A DNA stretch of 59,963 nt, filler included, from Catajapyx aquilonaris (lineage: Eukaryota), in assembly GCA_000934665.2 (NCBI GenBank). It is 4 parts of 4 records of this genome, joined end to end, with 100 filler letters (N's around TTAATTAATTAA, not from the genome) between each part and the next. Parts side by side here need not be neighbours in the genome. Positions count along the whole stretch, not along the records: positions 15,014 to 29,919 come from JYFJ02007654.1; positions 30,020 to 44,968 come from JYFJ02007655.1; 2 more parts are not named here. One strand, 5' to 3'. Made by a program: the position numbers and the translations under genes. Below the pieces are notes generated by a model that ran no database searches, was not told the origin of the DNA, and saw only the letters and a list, made by a program, of their open reading frames with translations. This document shows, in pieces, positions 22,751-36,908 of this stretch (position 1 is its first letter; the number at the start of each line of letters is the position of its first letter).

Positions 22751-23613
22751 AGCCCTTGACATCGTGGACTGAAGAGAAGATTGACCTGAGTGTTTTTGAC
22801 GAATTCCAAGCATTCAGCCCTGTTCCAATCAAGAAAAGTCCTTCAAGCGATAACTTGTACCTGGTACAAGATGCATCCAACTGCCTCGCATCTATTGCTG
22901 AGCCTGCCAGTGTTACGGCTCAGAACACAGAGCTACTCCTGCAAGAGTTCGAGGCTGTACTGGCCTCACAAGTTGCATCAGCCACTGATCAGGCCTTGAC
23001 TCCACCTTCCAGCCCACCAACACAGGTGATTGTCCCAGAGCAGGCTGTTCCGCTGGCAGAAGATGAATACGAGCTGGTCAAGTTTCTTGTTAATGGGCCT
23101 GAGCTAGTGGAAACACCACCAACCAGTCCAGATGCAAGTCCTTCCTGCCCTGAGCCCATTACGATGGAAATCCTGCCAACTGAGATTGTGTATGTGCCAG
23201 AATGGATTGTCAGCCCTGGTGGTACAGAAGCTGAGTCAACCTCTGGCTCCACCAGCCCAGGCTCAGTCACAGAAGAGAGTGATGACCCAGACTGGTCACC
23301 CGCCAGCATGGAGGCCAAACCGAAGCGGGCCAGGGCACGACCCAAGCCATATGAGTGTGATGGGCGAGCCACTGGACATCGTCAGGCCCAACCAACAGAC
23401 CGTCGTGAGAGAAAGAAGGAGCAGAACAAAACGGCTGCTATCCGGTACCGCATGAAGAAGAAGGAAGAGAATAAAGGGTTGTTGGAAGAGGAACAGGAGC
23501 TTCAGGAGCACCACGCTGAATTGGAGGAGAAGGCAAATGAGCTGACCCGAGAGTTGCGGTATCTCAAGAACCTCATGCGTGATGTACTCAAGGCAAAAGG
23601 TATACTCAAATAA
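22751..23613 (+). CDS. ATF4: ATF4, last coding exon with C-terminal bZIP domain
   Basis: SWTEEKIDLSVFDEF matches the ATF4 WxxEKxDL motif. RKKEQNKTAAIRYRMKK...ELRYLKNLMRDVLKAKG matches the ATF4/ATF5 basic region and zipper. Acceptor CTGTAG at 22750. Confidence 0.93.
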
Positions 23614-26600
23614 AGGCATGTAGCTTCACAGTTATACTCCAATCCCCTGAACTTCAAAGCTTGATTAAAATATCACCATCTAAGCAGGTATCGGAACCAA
23701 TTCTGGTCCCACACTTCCACTTCCCATATGTCTTCATGGCCTTAGTCATGTTGGCAGTCACAGGCGATAGGTAGTGAGCAATCAGAATTTCCGACACGTA
23801 GCACATTTTCCATCACATGGTTTTAGGCAGTCAAGGTTTGAAGCTAGATTGATTGGAGAGTAGGTATAGTTGCTTCACTAAGTCCTCATGGAGGTTTCAT
23901 GTCGGATGTTGGTGTGAGGAGGTAGAGGACTTCTGCACCTCAATGCTTTCACAGGATGATGACTTACGTTTGATGACGTGAAACCTGTTGGGCAGGAGTC
24001 CTGTTGCTGCCACCATCAGCATTCTGACCCTCCTAATTTTTTGGTTTTGTTAATTGAGGTGCATATCCCAACCGACCTTCAATTTTGAGATTGTAGTGCT
24101 GTTGTACTCTCCTGCCATCTACCTTTCAGGTGCTGAATTGGGATATGTGGAAACTCACATATTTCACGTGTAAAATTTGTCCATAGTAGTAGCTGAGTAA
24201 TAAAACAAGACACAAAAAGGCATTTTTCTCAAAATGAACTCCGGTTGGGATATGCCGTTCTTCTTCTGAGCACCTCAATTGATCCAGGGAATAATTGATT
24301 ACTTCATATAACCGGATCCAGTTGATAATTTTTTTCATTTCTCAGATTTCTGTCAATTACTGTGTTTCCAACGAAATTATTGAATTCCTCCTCCTCCCCC
24401 CCCCCCCTCTCTATCTCTCTCCCACCCCCCTCCCCACCCAAGTGCTGTCAATTAATTGGATGGATCACTCGGAATGTTTAATTTTTTCTAATTTACAAGC
24501 CCGTTACTTATCCATGAATTTAAGAGCTGCTCAGTACAAGTGCTAAAATCCCGGCACATGGCCCAGCTGAGAAAGTACATGTAATGAGCACAGAAGGAAA
24601 GGCGTTGATTTCATGCCTGTTGACGATTGGTACATTGAATTGTGTTACTTTCATTGGAGGTATGATGTCCAAATTGGAGATACTTATCCCCCCCCCCTTT
24701 TTTTTGTTGCTGTATGGTAGTCAAACTTTTAACTTGCATCTATGCAGTGGCTTCCCAAGTGGTAGAGAGAAAAATGTTCCGATGATCCTGGTAGTTCTTA
24801 GGTTTTGTGCCCGCACACTAAATAATATTAAGAGTTAGTCCTTTTTTATTTGGTAGGAAAATGTATGCACAAATCTTTGGTTCTGTATTTTTGGTGGTGA
24901 TAATAAACCATAGAGGGGTGTTAATTTTGTGTTGTTTACTTGATCCCTATTGGAATGAAGTAATGTTCTTGAATACAATAGAGACACGCATATTTAGAAT
25001 AAGCGTATACAATGTTTATGCACCTCCGGGGATTCATGTTATTGAAGATGCATTGTTTTGTTTACGCCATTATAGGTATTTTTATTCTTGCACCACGCCC
25101 AATGCACGTGGCTCTGTTTCCCTACAGGGTATATACTTCATAAAAGGTTAGTGTGCTGCTTGTCAAAATATGGAAGTAGGTTTTCATATCAACTAGCTGG
25201 ATTCTATAGATGACTAGTGTGAGTTCATGACTCCTGATATCAGAGGCCAGGCTACATTACCTTTTGTACCCATGGCTGTTACGCAACTGTTATATGGGGA
25301 AACTAATATTGATTACTGAGCCTTTGGATTCCTTGTTGACCATCATTTTTCCTCAACGTGATGTCAATCCTGGTTGAAGCAGTAATGGCATTGCAAAGAT
25401 ATTGAGCAGCATGCAAGCATCTTGGAATGCACTGGATGTAGGTGATGACTGTTAGACAAGTTCAAGTTGCAGTAGGGGCATTACAGAAGAGCAAGGACGT
25501 AACATCAGCCGTCGAATATTATGGCACACCCGGTACTTGCACACGAAGCCATGAATACCATCGGCCTTGGGTGTGGTGCCCCAATGTTGTCAGCAAGGTA
25601 TCAAGGACGGCCAGGCCTTAATGTACATAACAAAACAGGTTGTGTTATTCAGATGCGTATTATTACTCCTCCACATTTGTTGCCGGTCAAGCCCCCAGAG
25701 GACAAGGAGGCAGCTCTCCAAATCAGTAATATGCAAAAACAACAGGTCGTTGACTCCCACGGTTCACCACAAGCCCCCACAGATACCCCGACATATTGTC
25801 CACCAATATTTTTCACTCCTGGATCTAACTGGGCCACAATCAAATTAATTATTCTAAGCAATGTTTTCCTTCAAACCACTAAAGCCAAACTTCATTATCA
25901 CACCCATTAGGAGGAGGCTGTTACGCAGGCGGCACTTGTAATCAGCATCCAGATATCAGGCCTGATAAATAAAGAGGAACTGAAGGGTTATATTTAAAAA
26001 GGCCTTGTGCTGAAGATAGAATTGTGTTAGGTCTTTGGGGCGGTAAAAATTGATGAGTGGATCAGACGTCAATGGTTACCCATATAACAGGTCGACCCTT
26101 AGGAAAATCAACTGGACACGTGCACCCCTCATGATTGGTTGGGTGGAGATAAAAAATGGGGGATTTGTGTAGCCTTGCAAATAAAATATAGTGTAAACCC
26201 ATGGGGCCTCCATAAAGGGACGTGTGGTTTTGCCAGTAGTTATGTAGACCACCCCCTGTAAAATTGGATTCATGTTGTGGGTGATTTGGCGCCAGGAGTA
26301 TCTGAGAGCATCGGTATCAAGGATGTATTGTAACGGCCTTGCCAAGGTTACATTAGGTCAGTTTTATGGCCCTGACAGTACTGGATCCGGTCTAGACCAG
26401 GTCCTGTTTACTATGGTGATGCCTATAAATATGGAGATGAAAAAAAAATGGTGAAAAAATAAGCGGATCCATGATGTCATTGGAAACGACCTGCTCGTGT
26501 GTCACTTGACAAATCCCATCTATCTTGTCCCTTGATTGCTACCACATGACCTCTCCTCATATTCAAGGTCCTCATTTTCGGGCGATGTTGCCTATAGGGA

Positions 26601-29600
26601 AAGACAAGTCGTGCCATTTTTTTTTTTTTGCGACAACTTGAATGGTCATGTGATTGTTGAGAGATGGCGAGGAAATGAGGGGAACATAATTTCGCAAGAG
26701 TTGATAAAGTGAGTGCGTCAGCCTTTGAGCTGAATGAGAGCAGTCGCGATTGGAGGCGCCGAAGATAAGTGGGGGATGAAGAAGGACAAACAGGAAGTTT
26801 CATTATGGTGTAGCCTTTATCGAGAATTTTCGTATAGTGTAAGTCATGAAAGTTCATGATTTAATGCAGGGATTAGTGACCGGAGTTGAGCTAATGACAT
26901 TATGGATACTGTACTATAGACAAAATATGATAACCTCATTCGACGATTAATTTGCTTTTGAAGTTGTTTTGTATATACAGTAGGTATACTTAAACCTCAA
27001 AAAGGTTTATTTTGAATAAGCCTTATTAATTTATTAATAAATTTGACCCCTTTTAGGGTAGAGTCCTTGTGGGGTTTAAAAAATTAAACAGTATACAACC
27101 CTACAAGATTTGTCGTAAATTGTCCTTTATTACAACAACCTTTTCTAGAAGAGAAACTAAAAATATATGGTAATTTTTTACGGTGTCATTTTCCGATTAT
27201 CCGGGTAACCCGTGCACTCATTATCACGGACAGTGTTGTGAGTCCAGTGTGGTACATTGAGACCTGGAAACAGTCTTTTCCACTCTTTACACATTTATAA
27301 GCTCTTTGCTCTGATTCAAATGCGCCACAAATGCCGATTTTGTGTAAAGCTTTTTTTGAGCTTGACGTGCTAGATTAATCCCCACTCTTCGTCACGATTG
27401 GCTGGCCATGTTACATGGTCACCTTTGGCTTAGATTTGCGTTTACCTACTATTATTTAAAAAGAATTGAGTATGGGAAAGGGGTGTAGCAGCGTGATATG
27501 CAGTTTTTTTTAAAAAAAAATTTAGGGGAGGAACTTTGCTGAGACTGAAGTGAAACTTGAAAATATTGTACTAATTGGCGATCAAGAAAATTGTGTGTAA
27601 TATGATCAAATCGTGCTGGACCCGGGTGATGAGAATGATTCATCCAAGGTGCTCATGTCGTCTGTGATTAACCTCTTTTTGATTTGTTTTTTTATACAGA
27701 ATTGCAAACGTGTGCATCACATTAGAATCTCACAGTGCACTATCCTGAAATACGAGTACAGCAGGAAGTGGTGGTAACATGAGGAGTAGAACAAAGAACA
27801 AAATCTGGTAATTTGAGGTGGGGACCGGAAGTTTGTCCAGGAGCCCCACGATGGTTTTTCTCCGGTCTACTCACTTGTTGCTGCTGGCTGGGGTGCAACG
27901 GGAAAAATGAGCAGCCGATGAAGGACTTAGAACTATTCAGAAGTCGAGATTGGCATGCCAGAAGCTATTGAAAATCTGGAAATCTGACGTCGTGAAACAT
28001 TCCGTAGGATAATGCAGGCTATGGGACTTTATCTTGCTGCAATATTGGGTCTCCATATACAGGGTCTTTCAGAATGATACCGGTACCGACAAACCTACAA
28101 GATGGCCTGAGTGAGCCAGAGGATCACTTTATGTAGAGGTGTCATTTGACGTCCGCAGCGTAGTTACCAAGATAATGGGCTTTTCACCATGAAGTACTGT
28201 AGGCTATAGCATAACCTGCAAGATTTGCATCTCTGCATACAAGGACAGTATCTGAGAAGTCCGGCTTCTAGTCTGCTTTCCAGCATACAACCTAAGACCC
28301 CACCAAGGACAAAAGGGCACCTAACCTCTCCTTGATAATGACCCACTTTCTGTGTGTCCACCAGCTGTGTTGGGTGCATTTAATAGACAGCTCCTGCCCA
28401 AAGGCCACTGCACTGATGGGATTTTTGAGCAGGTACGGAAGTTTATGGTATGTGTTTGTAGAGCTTATATACTTACATGCCCGAAGGCATAATTTCGAAC
28501 AGTTTTTGTAATATACAGTATAATTAATGTGATAGCAATTATTACACTTGGTATGCAATGTTACCAGACAAGAACACAATATAAATGACGGCGGTTGTAA
28601 GTGGAATAGAACCTGCCGTGGCCTCACTTCCACTTACATGAGTTGAAAATGGATTTATTATCTTTTTTAAGTGGAAATTTTGGCGGTTTTATGTGGAAAA
28701 GCGTCATTTTCCATTTATTATAAGTGAAAAAATTCTCGTTTTTCCTCATCACTTATTAACAAGTGGACACTTAACGAGAGTGTAATCCTTTACATCAATA
28801 ATACTTTACTATTTTAATAATATTTATAACTGCCTCTAGTAACAACCTTATAGGCTACATTTATAGTACCCCATTGGAATTATTGCTAGTATAATGATTC
28901 AGATGTTTTGCACCTTAAATTATATTACCTGTCAAAAAATTCAATTTAAATTTAACCTTCACACTTTAGAAGTAATGCGTGGAAGGACCTTGCTGACTAA
29001 TCAATCACTTAACATTTGCATTAAACCAGAGTGACATTACACGGACGTCGCGTCGTTGGGAGGGTTCATATCCAAATGGCAGGGCAATCCTGGACCCTCG
29101 CGTTGAATTTCCTGAAGCCTCAACTCCCATCGAAATTACTTGAGAGTGATGAGTTCGAGTTTGGAATATAGCTGGAACAAAATTTCCATGACTTTTCCCC
29201 GGGGGTGAATCATCTCATAAAATAGTTTAAGGGATATATGGCTGACCATGGAAGGCACTCACTTGCCATGAATGGTGCACCTGATAAGGATCAGTCGAAA
29301 TCAGCCGTCATTGGCGAAACTTACGCTGATTAGTTTCTACCGTATTGACACAACATAACACAACCTGTATTCACATCATTATGGTCCTCATTAATTACTT
29401 CTACCTGAAATAGAAATATTTAGAAAATCAATAATTTTTGTGAGAGTGAGCCTACATATCACGGCATGAGTAGATAATGTAATATGTTGTCATCTCTAAA
29501 ATGTTTGCTTTAATAACTAAAAACGTTAATGGATAATTATTCATTTAGTGACCTGAAATAATAATAGTAGTATTAGCCTGTTACTACTAGTCTAATAGCT

Positions 29601-29919
29601 TAACAAAAGTTATTATTTTTTGCTACCTAGCTTCCAGTGATGATAATCTGTGGCTGAAAGTAGGCTGTGATTTTGCTATTTTTTGGCCAGATATTGTCAC
29701 AAAACGTTCTCTAGAAGACGGAAAAGCTTTTTATTGCATTGTATACATGAGGCCCCTTCTTCCAAAACCCGACAAATCCAATTTCCAAAAAAAATGAGTT
29801 AAGGGTGGAAATATGTTCTTCGAGATGTGTTTCATCACGTAACGACAAAATATTCAGCAAACATCGACAAATGCGGCTGTAATGGCCCGAAGAAAAGTGG
29901 CCTATCATGCAAAACCCGA

Positions 29920-30019
29920 NNNNNNNNNNNNNNNNNNNNNNNNNNNNNNNNNNNNNNNNNNNNTTAATTAATTAANNNNNNNNNNNNNNNNNNNNNNNNN
30001 NNNNNNNNNNNNNNNNNNN
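29920..30019. other. Artificial contig spacer
   Basis: N44-TTAATTAATTAA-N44. Confidence 0.97.
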
Positions 30020-30886
30020 GAGATACCTGCCAGCAACATCTGAGCGAGTTTTTCCGGAAAGTTTCCATCACCCAGTGTCCCTACTACACAGTTGTGGTGG
30101 CGTTCAACAGTATTATGTGTATGTACAGTATGAGTGATGGAAGTGGGTAATCATTGAATGTGGCGGGGGGGTATGCACTTCCCCCCGGAAAATGTACGGC
30201 TGGGGCAAGTGCACCTCTGCTGCTTGGGGCATGATGTACCACATAATAATTGAGTTCATTTTCTGTGTGAATGTTACATTTTACACTTACACTACATTTA
30301 CTTTACATGTTACACTTACTGGCACTAGCTTACTCTGAGCCTTCTGTGTTCCAAAGCAGCAAATGTCAAAATGGGGAGGACTTACTTACTTACTTACGCT
30401 ATTATACGCAATGAAGTTCGTATCTCCTGAACAAATTGAGATATCATCATTCTGTAAATGGCATGTTTTAGCTCTGATTTTGATTATGACGCACTGCCCC
30501 CATCGCAGCAGAAATATAATTGCATGCAGGAATTGGATGGGGGGGATGCACTTACCCCGGGTGCCGGGGGAAGTGCACACCTCATGCATTGTTCCGCATG
30601 ATTGTTGCTGCCTTGGAAGCACTTCGTTATGAACCATTCTCCTTCTAACAGTGTCTTAGTAATGGACAGGAGTAACTGCAGGCAAAATTTCATTCAGATA
30701 CAAGGAACAGGTGGGATGCGATAGATTATTTAAAGTGATCTATTACAAAACAGGGGTGCACTTCCCCCACTTTACCGTAGTTATATAGTGGTACACCTGC
30801 GATGGTCTCCATCATCACCGACCGATCACCTCTTATTGTTTGCTCCCCCAATAAAGAGGTCCAATAATGCATATCATGGGATATCC

Positions 30887-30912
30887 ATTATTATTATTAT
30901 TATTACTACTAC

Positions 30913-30974
<62 letters not shown>
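30887..30974 (+). repeat. (ATT)n microsatellite
   Basis: Long ATT run with a few ACT units. Confidence 0.95.
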
Positions 30975-30976
<2 letters not shown>

Positions 30977-33396
30977 GGTTTTGTACGGACTTTGGTCCAT
31001 CAGTACCTAACTCAAGCTGCCCTAAGTTCCGATATCACTCATACGCTCACTTTTTTATTTTCGAATCATTAAATCAACCTCGATAATCGGCCCCGAGTTG
31101 GTCAAATATGCAGAGGAAGATTGTCTTTACGACATATTAAAATTGGGAACATTTTAATGTGGTTGTTTGAGTGGTGTAGTTACACAAACTGCACTTACGG
31201 AGACAAACAATGACAAAGTGTAGGATTTTATATGTCCTTCCCCGCTCAACCTCTCGGATGGAGATGTACGGCATGAGACGGGGCATGAGGGGAGCTATCA
31301 TTTGGTACCCATTGCATATTTTTAGTCCCAATAGGCGCCTGACAGTGACGGCGCAAAGATAGCCGGAATCCCCATAAGGCGCCATGTTAATTTCGTCTTC
31401 CCGCCTCCCGCTGCAACCTTGTTGCGCATGCGCTTGGATCAGGGCCCGGTGCCGGGGCCGTTGTCACCCACTTCCTCAAAGTGGGTCACTTTCAGCCGCG
31501 GCTCTGTCGTCTGAACCCCACTAGCCCCGACCGGCCCTGGATTTGTCGGGGCCTGGCCCCGGCAAACTGGTCCCGTCTGGACGACCTCATTGATGTTAAT
31601 TATTTTCAGACAAAGCAACATCTGGCTGCTACCACAAAATGATGGACACCATGGATGAACTCCAACTACCACCATGCAACAGTTCAACAAGCTGGGCCTT
31701 CGCAAAAGTGTCGACCGCAGTGATGGTGTCGCTGGTGCGTGAGGCGACTTCAGTGGAACTACTGTCCCTGTTGTTTGGAACTGCGGCCATTTACCAGTGG
31801 CGTGAAACTACAGCTCAGTTGGGGTGGAATGATGAACAGCATCAGCACTTGACTGATACACAGGTACGATGTAACACAGTGTGTCAATGTTTCTTCCAGG
31901 TGAAAGTTGCTGTAATTATTGGAGCATCCTCATTATCATATTTAAAGAAAATATGGGTTGTTGGCTTATTAGCCCTTTGAGGAAGAGCTAAAAATTGCCC
32001 TCATTTTAAGTACAGGGGTGAATCACATAGAGCCAATTTGTGTCATCTGGAGGGGATAGGGCCGAGACTTGAAACTTGCCCCGTGGGAAGATAGTATCTG
32101 TGCCTCCTAAATGCATGGGTAAGAGTCTGTGGGTGCATACCATGCCGGCCATTCCAAAGTGGTGTGCGCCATGTCAATCAGGCCCGGGCCCGAGCGGGAC
32201 CAGGGCATTGTTATTCCATTTCTGATGCCCAAGGACAATAGATAGAACTGGAATAACAATGTGCTGACCCAGTTTGAGCATGCTCGACAGGGTACATGCA
32301 TCTTGGATTGGCTGTGGTGGCGTGCACAGTATGCATACTTTTACTTACGAATTTAGAAGTTCTCTTGAGCTCAGTGGTATGTGAAAGGCTGCATTAGACT
32401 TTGCATCTCAGTTGCGGTCATGCTGCGTTAATGGTTCATGTATCACATCAAATTGTGTTGAGAGATGCGGCAAATATGCTAGAGACACGGACCATTTCAG
32501 CAGTCCAACAAGGAGAATGTTGACGTGAAAAGTTGCCCTTTGGACAAGTCTTGCCAAAGTCTGAAGATTTTTGGTGTCAAAATTAGCGTAATATTGCAGT
32601 CAAACTGTTGCACAATATGGTGATGAAATATCAGGCCAGCATAAGATTTGACCACCCCTGGAAAACTGGTTTTCCAAATAAACAATATCTTGCTAAGTAC
32701 TAAATTATTTTAAATTATCTATTAATTTTAAATTGCCAATGGGGCTGCCTCAGGCACTCACCGGTAGGGCGGCGCTAGTGGGCGAAAGGTTATAGTTCAG
32801 CATCGTCAGGAGTGAATACTGGTATTGTCCCGTCTACATTTCCATACAAGATGTGATTTCTGTTCACTTTCTGTTGGAGATGAAGCTCGAACCTTGCTGC
32901 GACAGTACGAAGCAAAGGTCCGAACCAGCAAAATGCCACAGTACTCTGTTGTGTACCGAGTTCCCGTTGCAACATTTCTGGCCATCAATTTCCCAAAAAC
33001 CCATCGCTTTGGAAACAGTGGCGAGTTGCCATCAAACGCGTGGATTCACGAACTGGAAATCTTTGAGATCAGGTTGTTCATGACGTAGTCTGCCATTTGC
33101 ACTTCAAGCCTGAGGACTACAGAATTTGCGAGTTTGCGGTCGATGTGACCCTTTTAGTTTTGGTCTAGTCACATCTAGTTTTCGACCCGTTTTTTTTCCT
33201 CTCCTTATGTTCGCCCCTGCACCCTCTCCTTGCACCTCTCCTCCCCTTCCGGGCGAGGAGAGGTTGCTGGGGCGAATATACATGCTATGGGCAAGGTGGG
33301 GCAGGCCCCGGGCCGAGACGAATCGGATACGGGCAGAATGGGTGGGCTTGGCCGCTGTGAGAGCGAGGCATAGCGGGCTCAAGGAGGAGTGGGGTC

Positions 33397-33965
33397 CACT
33401 TGCAGGGTTACCTCTGAAAATTCATTGCGGCCAATCTAGGGGTCGCCCTGGTTTGACAGTGCCCCCGTTGTCGAGAGGAGATTCCGACGATGCCGTCGAG
33501 GTCCATATCGGCCATAAATAACCACGGTTTATTTTACTGCAGAATTTAATAGCTATTATGAGGGTAAAAAGTGGGACATACAGCCTCTGGGAGGGTGAGA
33601 ATCTGGCGGGCTGTAACCCAACGGGTCCAGTGTGCAGGGTTGTCTCTGAAAATTCATTCCTGCCAAACTGGGGGTCGCACGGGTGTGACAGTGCCCAAGT
33701 CGTCGAGGGGTGATTTCGAAGTTTCCGTCTATGGCCATATCGGCCATAAATAACAACGGGTTAATTTACGGGGGAATTTTATCCTTTTCTTCTTCCCCTC
33801 ATATTCGATATTAAATTCTCAAGTAAAATAACCGCCCAGTATTTACGGCTTATGTGGACTTTATTGACGGAATCCTCGGAATCTCCTCTCGACGATGGGG
33901 GCTGAGTCACACCAGGGCGACTCCCAGTTTGGCCGGAATTAATTTTTAGAGGCAGCCCTGCACTC
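33397..33965. repeat. Three diverged ~150-bp units: two direct (~33400-33545, ~33632-33780) and one inverted (~33815-33963)
   Basis: Shared TGCAGGGTT..CTCTGAAAATTCATT...GTCGAG...CCATATCGGCCATAAATAAC core; the third copy is on the minus strand. Confidence 0.7.
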
Positions 33966-34093
33966 TTGACCTGCGCATGCGGCACGTATAGAGAGAAAAA
34001 CAATAACCTTCCGCACACTAACGCCACCTGTCGACCGAACTTTCGGTGAGCCAGCCCCATTTGAACTGCATATAAGCATATACAGGTTGATCC

Positions 34094-35000
34094 CAGGGTT
34101 GTGAACCGAACCCTTGTTCCATGAACCCGATAACATCGAACCCGCTCCGGAGCAGTAGAGTCGGGTTCGGAGCGAGCGTGGGAACGTGGTTCGGGTTCAT
34201 GCCGGTTCAGGGGGAGAGGGGAGCCAAGGTCGGAGCGGGTTCGGAGTGCTTCGGAGCTTGGTTATGTACAACATAGCAACCCAACAGGGGGAAAGGCAGT
34301 AAAACCCCTGGATTTACTCCAGCATATGCGTCATGTTTTCATGGTGGGAGAATGACATTTCCAAGCACCCGTGATGCAGGGTGTACCACAGGTGTCACAT
34401 TTTGATGTCATACGCATTTGTTGTATGTCACAATATGTCATACCCATTTTTTGGATGTCACATTTTCATGTCATACCAAGAGCTAATGGTCATACGCATT
34501 TGTTGTATGTGACATTTTCATGTCATACCAAGAGCTAATGGTCATACGCATTTGTTGTATGTGACATTTTCATGTCATACGCATTTTTGTATGTTACAAT
34601 ATCATATTATTGTAACATACAAAAAATGCGTATGACATAAGAATGTGACATCCAAAAAATGGGCATGACATATTGTGGCATACAACAAATGCGTATGACA
34701 TCAAAATGTGACACCTGTGGTACACCCTGCATCGCGGGTGCTTGGAAATGTCATTCTCCCACCATGAAAACATGACGCATATGCTGGAGTAAATCCAGGG
34801 GTTTTACTGCCTTTCCCCCTGTTGGGTTGCAATGTTGTACCTAACCAAGCTCCGAACCACTCCGAACCCGCTCTGACCTTAGCTCCACTCTCCCCCTGAA
34901 CCGGCATGAACCCGAAGCACGTTCCGAACCCGACTCTACTGTTCCGGAGCGGGTTGGATGTTATCGGGTTCACGGAACAAGGGTTTGGTTCACGACCCTG
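34094..35000. mobile_element. Fully palindromic non-autonomous hAT-type element, 8-bp TSD GTTGATCC
   Basis: Ends CAGGGTTGTGAACC ... GGTTCACGACCCTG. TSD at 34086-34093 and 35001-35008. Arms are complementary up to a centre near 34605. Confidence 0.88.
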
Positions 35001-36585
35001 GTTGATCCACAACACCCTCATGTGGCTATTTGTTGGCATTAAGCTGCTTATTTTAGCAGTTACTTGAGGGGTTATGAAAGGATTAGCTGCAAGATGAAAG
35101 ATGGCTTTTGCCTGCTTATATATCCCCCATATGAGCAGACCAGAGCAGACTAGGTATGAATATCATCGTGAATTCCAGGCTGGCGAAGACTATCTAAGTA
35201 CGCTACCGTCACCATAAGTCTAGGATGGGAGTTGAGGGGGGCTGGTCTAAAGGCATAAACTCGCATAGGCTTGAACATGCCACTTGTGCACACAGGTTTC
35301 ACTTCTACGTTTCCATGGGGAAGAGGGCTGCTTCCCCAAATATGCTTGTGGGCTCCACTTGTTCTCACAAGCAGTACTTATGTACATTCCTTTCCATCCC
35401 CATGTGCATGTGCAAGTGCAGTTCAATCCACAAGAGGACATGCATGGTGTGCTTTAATTGAACGATGCAAGAGTAGAAGGGCAACAATTATTGGCGTGGG
35501 TGACAAGGGAAGCGGAATGTGTGGCTTGGCAGAGAGTGGGGGGTCCCCGTGCAGCCGTAGACTGTGACAGGTAAACAGATGTGCTTGCTCGTATGACCTG
35601 TGACCTGGAGCAGGTCGTAACTGCTGTCACTAGGTTCCAACAGTTGCACTCGGTGAGAATTAATAAGAGACCTCACGCAATAATGGCATTACATCGCAAG
35701 CATTTGTCTCTTCCCGGCCCACAAGTCCACATGAGCTTCGACCTTTAATGCCTTGTACTGCTTTTTGACAAAAGTGTTGAGCAATCCTCCATCAGAGATC
35801 ATGCACTTGGAAATATCTTGATTCACCTCCCATTGATATGAAAATTAAGATGAGAATCCTGCGCATTTGGCTAACCACCTGCAGCCCTTGGAAATTTGCA
35901 ATGTAGTGTAACTTCCAAGTATTTTAAGCCTTGCTGATCATTTGAGTGTTGCCACAATCTTGCCACAATCTTGTTGCCTGATTTTAAATTAGGCCTACCC
36001 ATTAATTTTAAATTGCCAATTTGAATTGCATGTGTGCACATACAGGGTGAGGGGAAACTCGGGGACAAATGCCAGGGAGACTGATGGTCCTCGCAAACCT
36101 CATATACAGTGGTGAAAACGAAACGACGTTCTGACATCATCATTTTGTTCTGACGCAACAGTAGGAGTAAACAACAGCCTTTTTTGTTGACACTGTTTAC
36201 TCCTATGGTTGTGTGACGATGACATCAGATCGTCATTTCGTTTTCCACACTTTAGGGATGTGCAATTAGTTTTAGGCTCCCTTGTGCAGTTCATGCGTAT
36301 GGCGCCCCTAAAGTGTATGGCCCTGGATGGTGGATTATGAGGGAAAAACTATAAAGTGCATGGGTGTCGTATCCGGATTCTTACTCTGAAGGGATTTGAT
36401 CTCTTTTTGCACATGGACAATGTGTTAGGGGGCCAAGGCAAGGGACCAGAGGCCCTCGAACTGACTTTTTCTTCGTAGAAGCTGGTGGAAGGGATGTAAT
36501 GTTAAGAACCTTGGACGGTGCCATACACATTAACTACGCAACGGAGCCCAAAACTAATTGTCCATCCCCATATTAGTTCTGCGAG

Positions 36586-36908
36586 AACCGAAGCAGTAGT
36601 GGTGGAGTGGATAAGGTGTCCGACTGCTAATCGGGAGGTACTGGGTTCGAATCCCGGAGGCCGGCGACCCTGACCATGGTTTTCTGTGGTTTCCCATGGT
36701 CCTCGCAGGACAATTCCGGGGTCATTACCGTAATTATAGGCCACAGCCGCTTCCTTCCTTCCCTATCCCTGCTTAATTCCGATGAAAAGGTAGTAAAAAA
36801 ATGGAAGAGTTCCAGACAAAAAACTGGGAGTAATCCCCCCCTAGAAAAGCCCGGTTGGCTGATAATGGGGTATCAAATTATTATTATTATCATTATTATT
36901 ATTATTAT
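36586..36908 (+). mobile_element. tRNA-derived SINE (family 2), full length, 15-bp TSD
   Basis: Homologous to 9533-9806, with an (ATT)n tail. TSD TATTAGTTCTGCGAG at 36571-36585 and 36909-36923. Confidence 0.88.

Noticed and set aside
30788..31072. Poly-Ile ORF
   Set aside because: Translation of an (ATT)n microsatellite.
31610..31863. Possible exon (TTTCAG ... CAG|GTACG) overlapping the 113-aa ORF
   Set aside because: No recognisable protein and no partner exons identified; repeat-rich surroundings.
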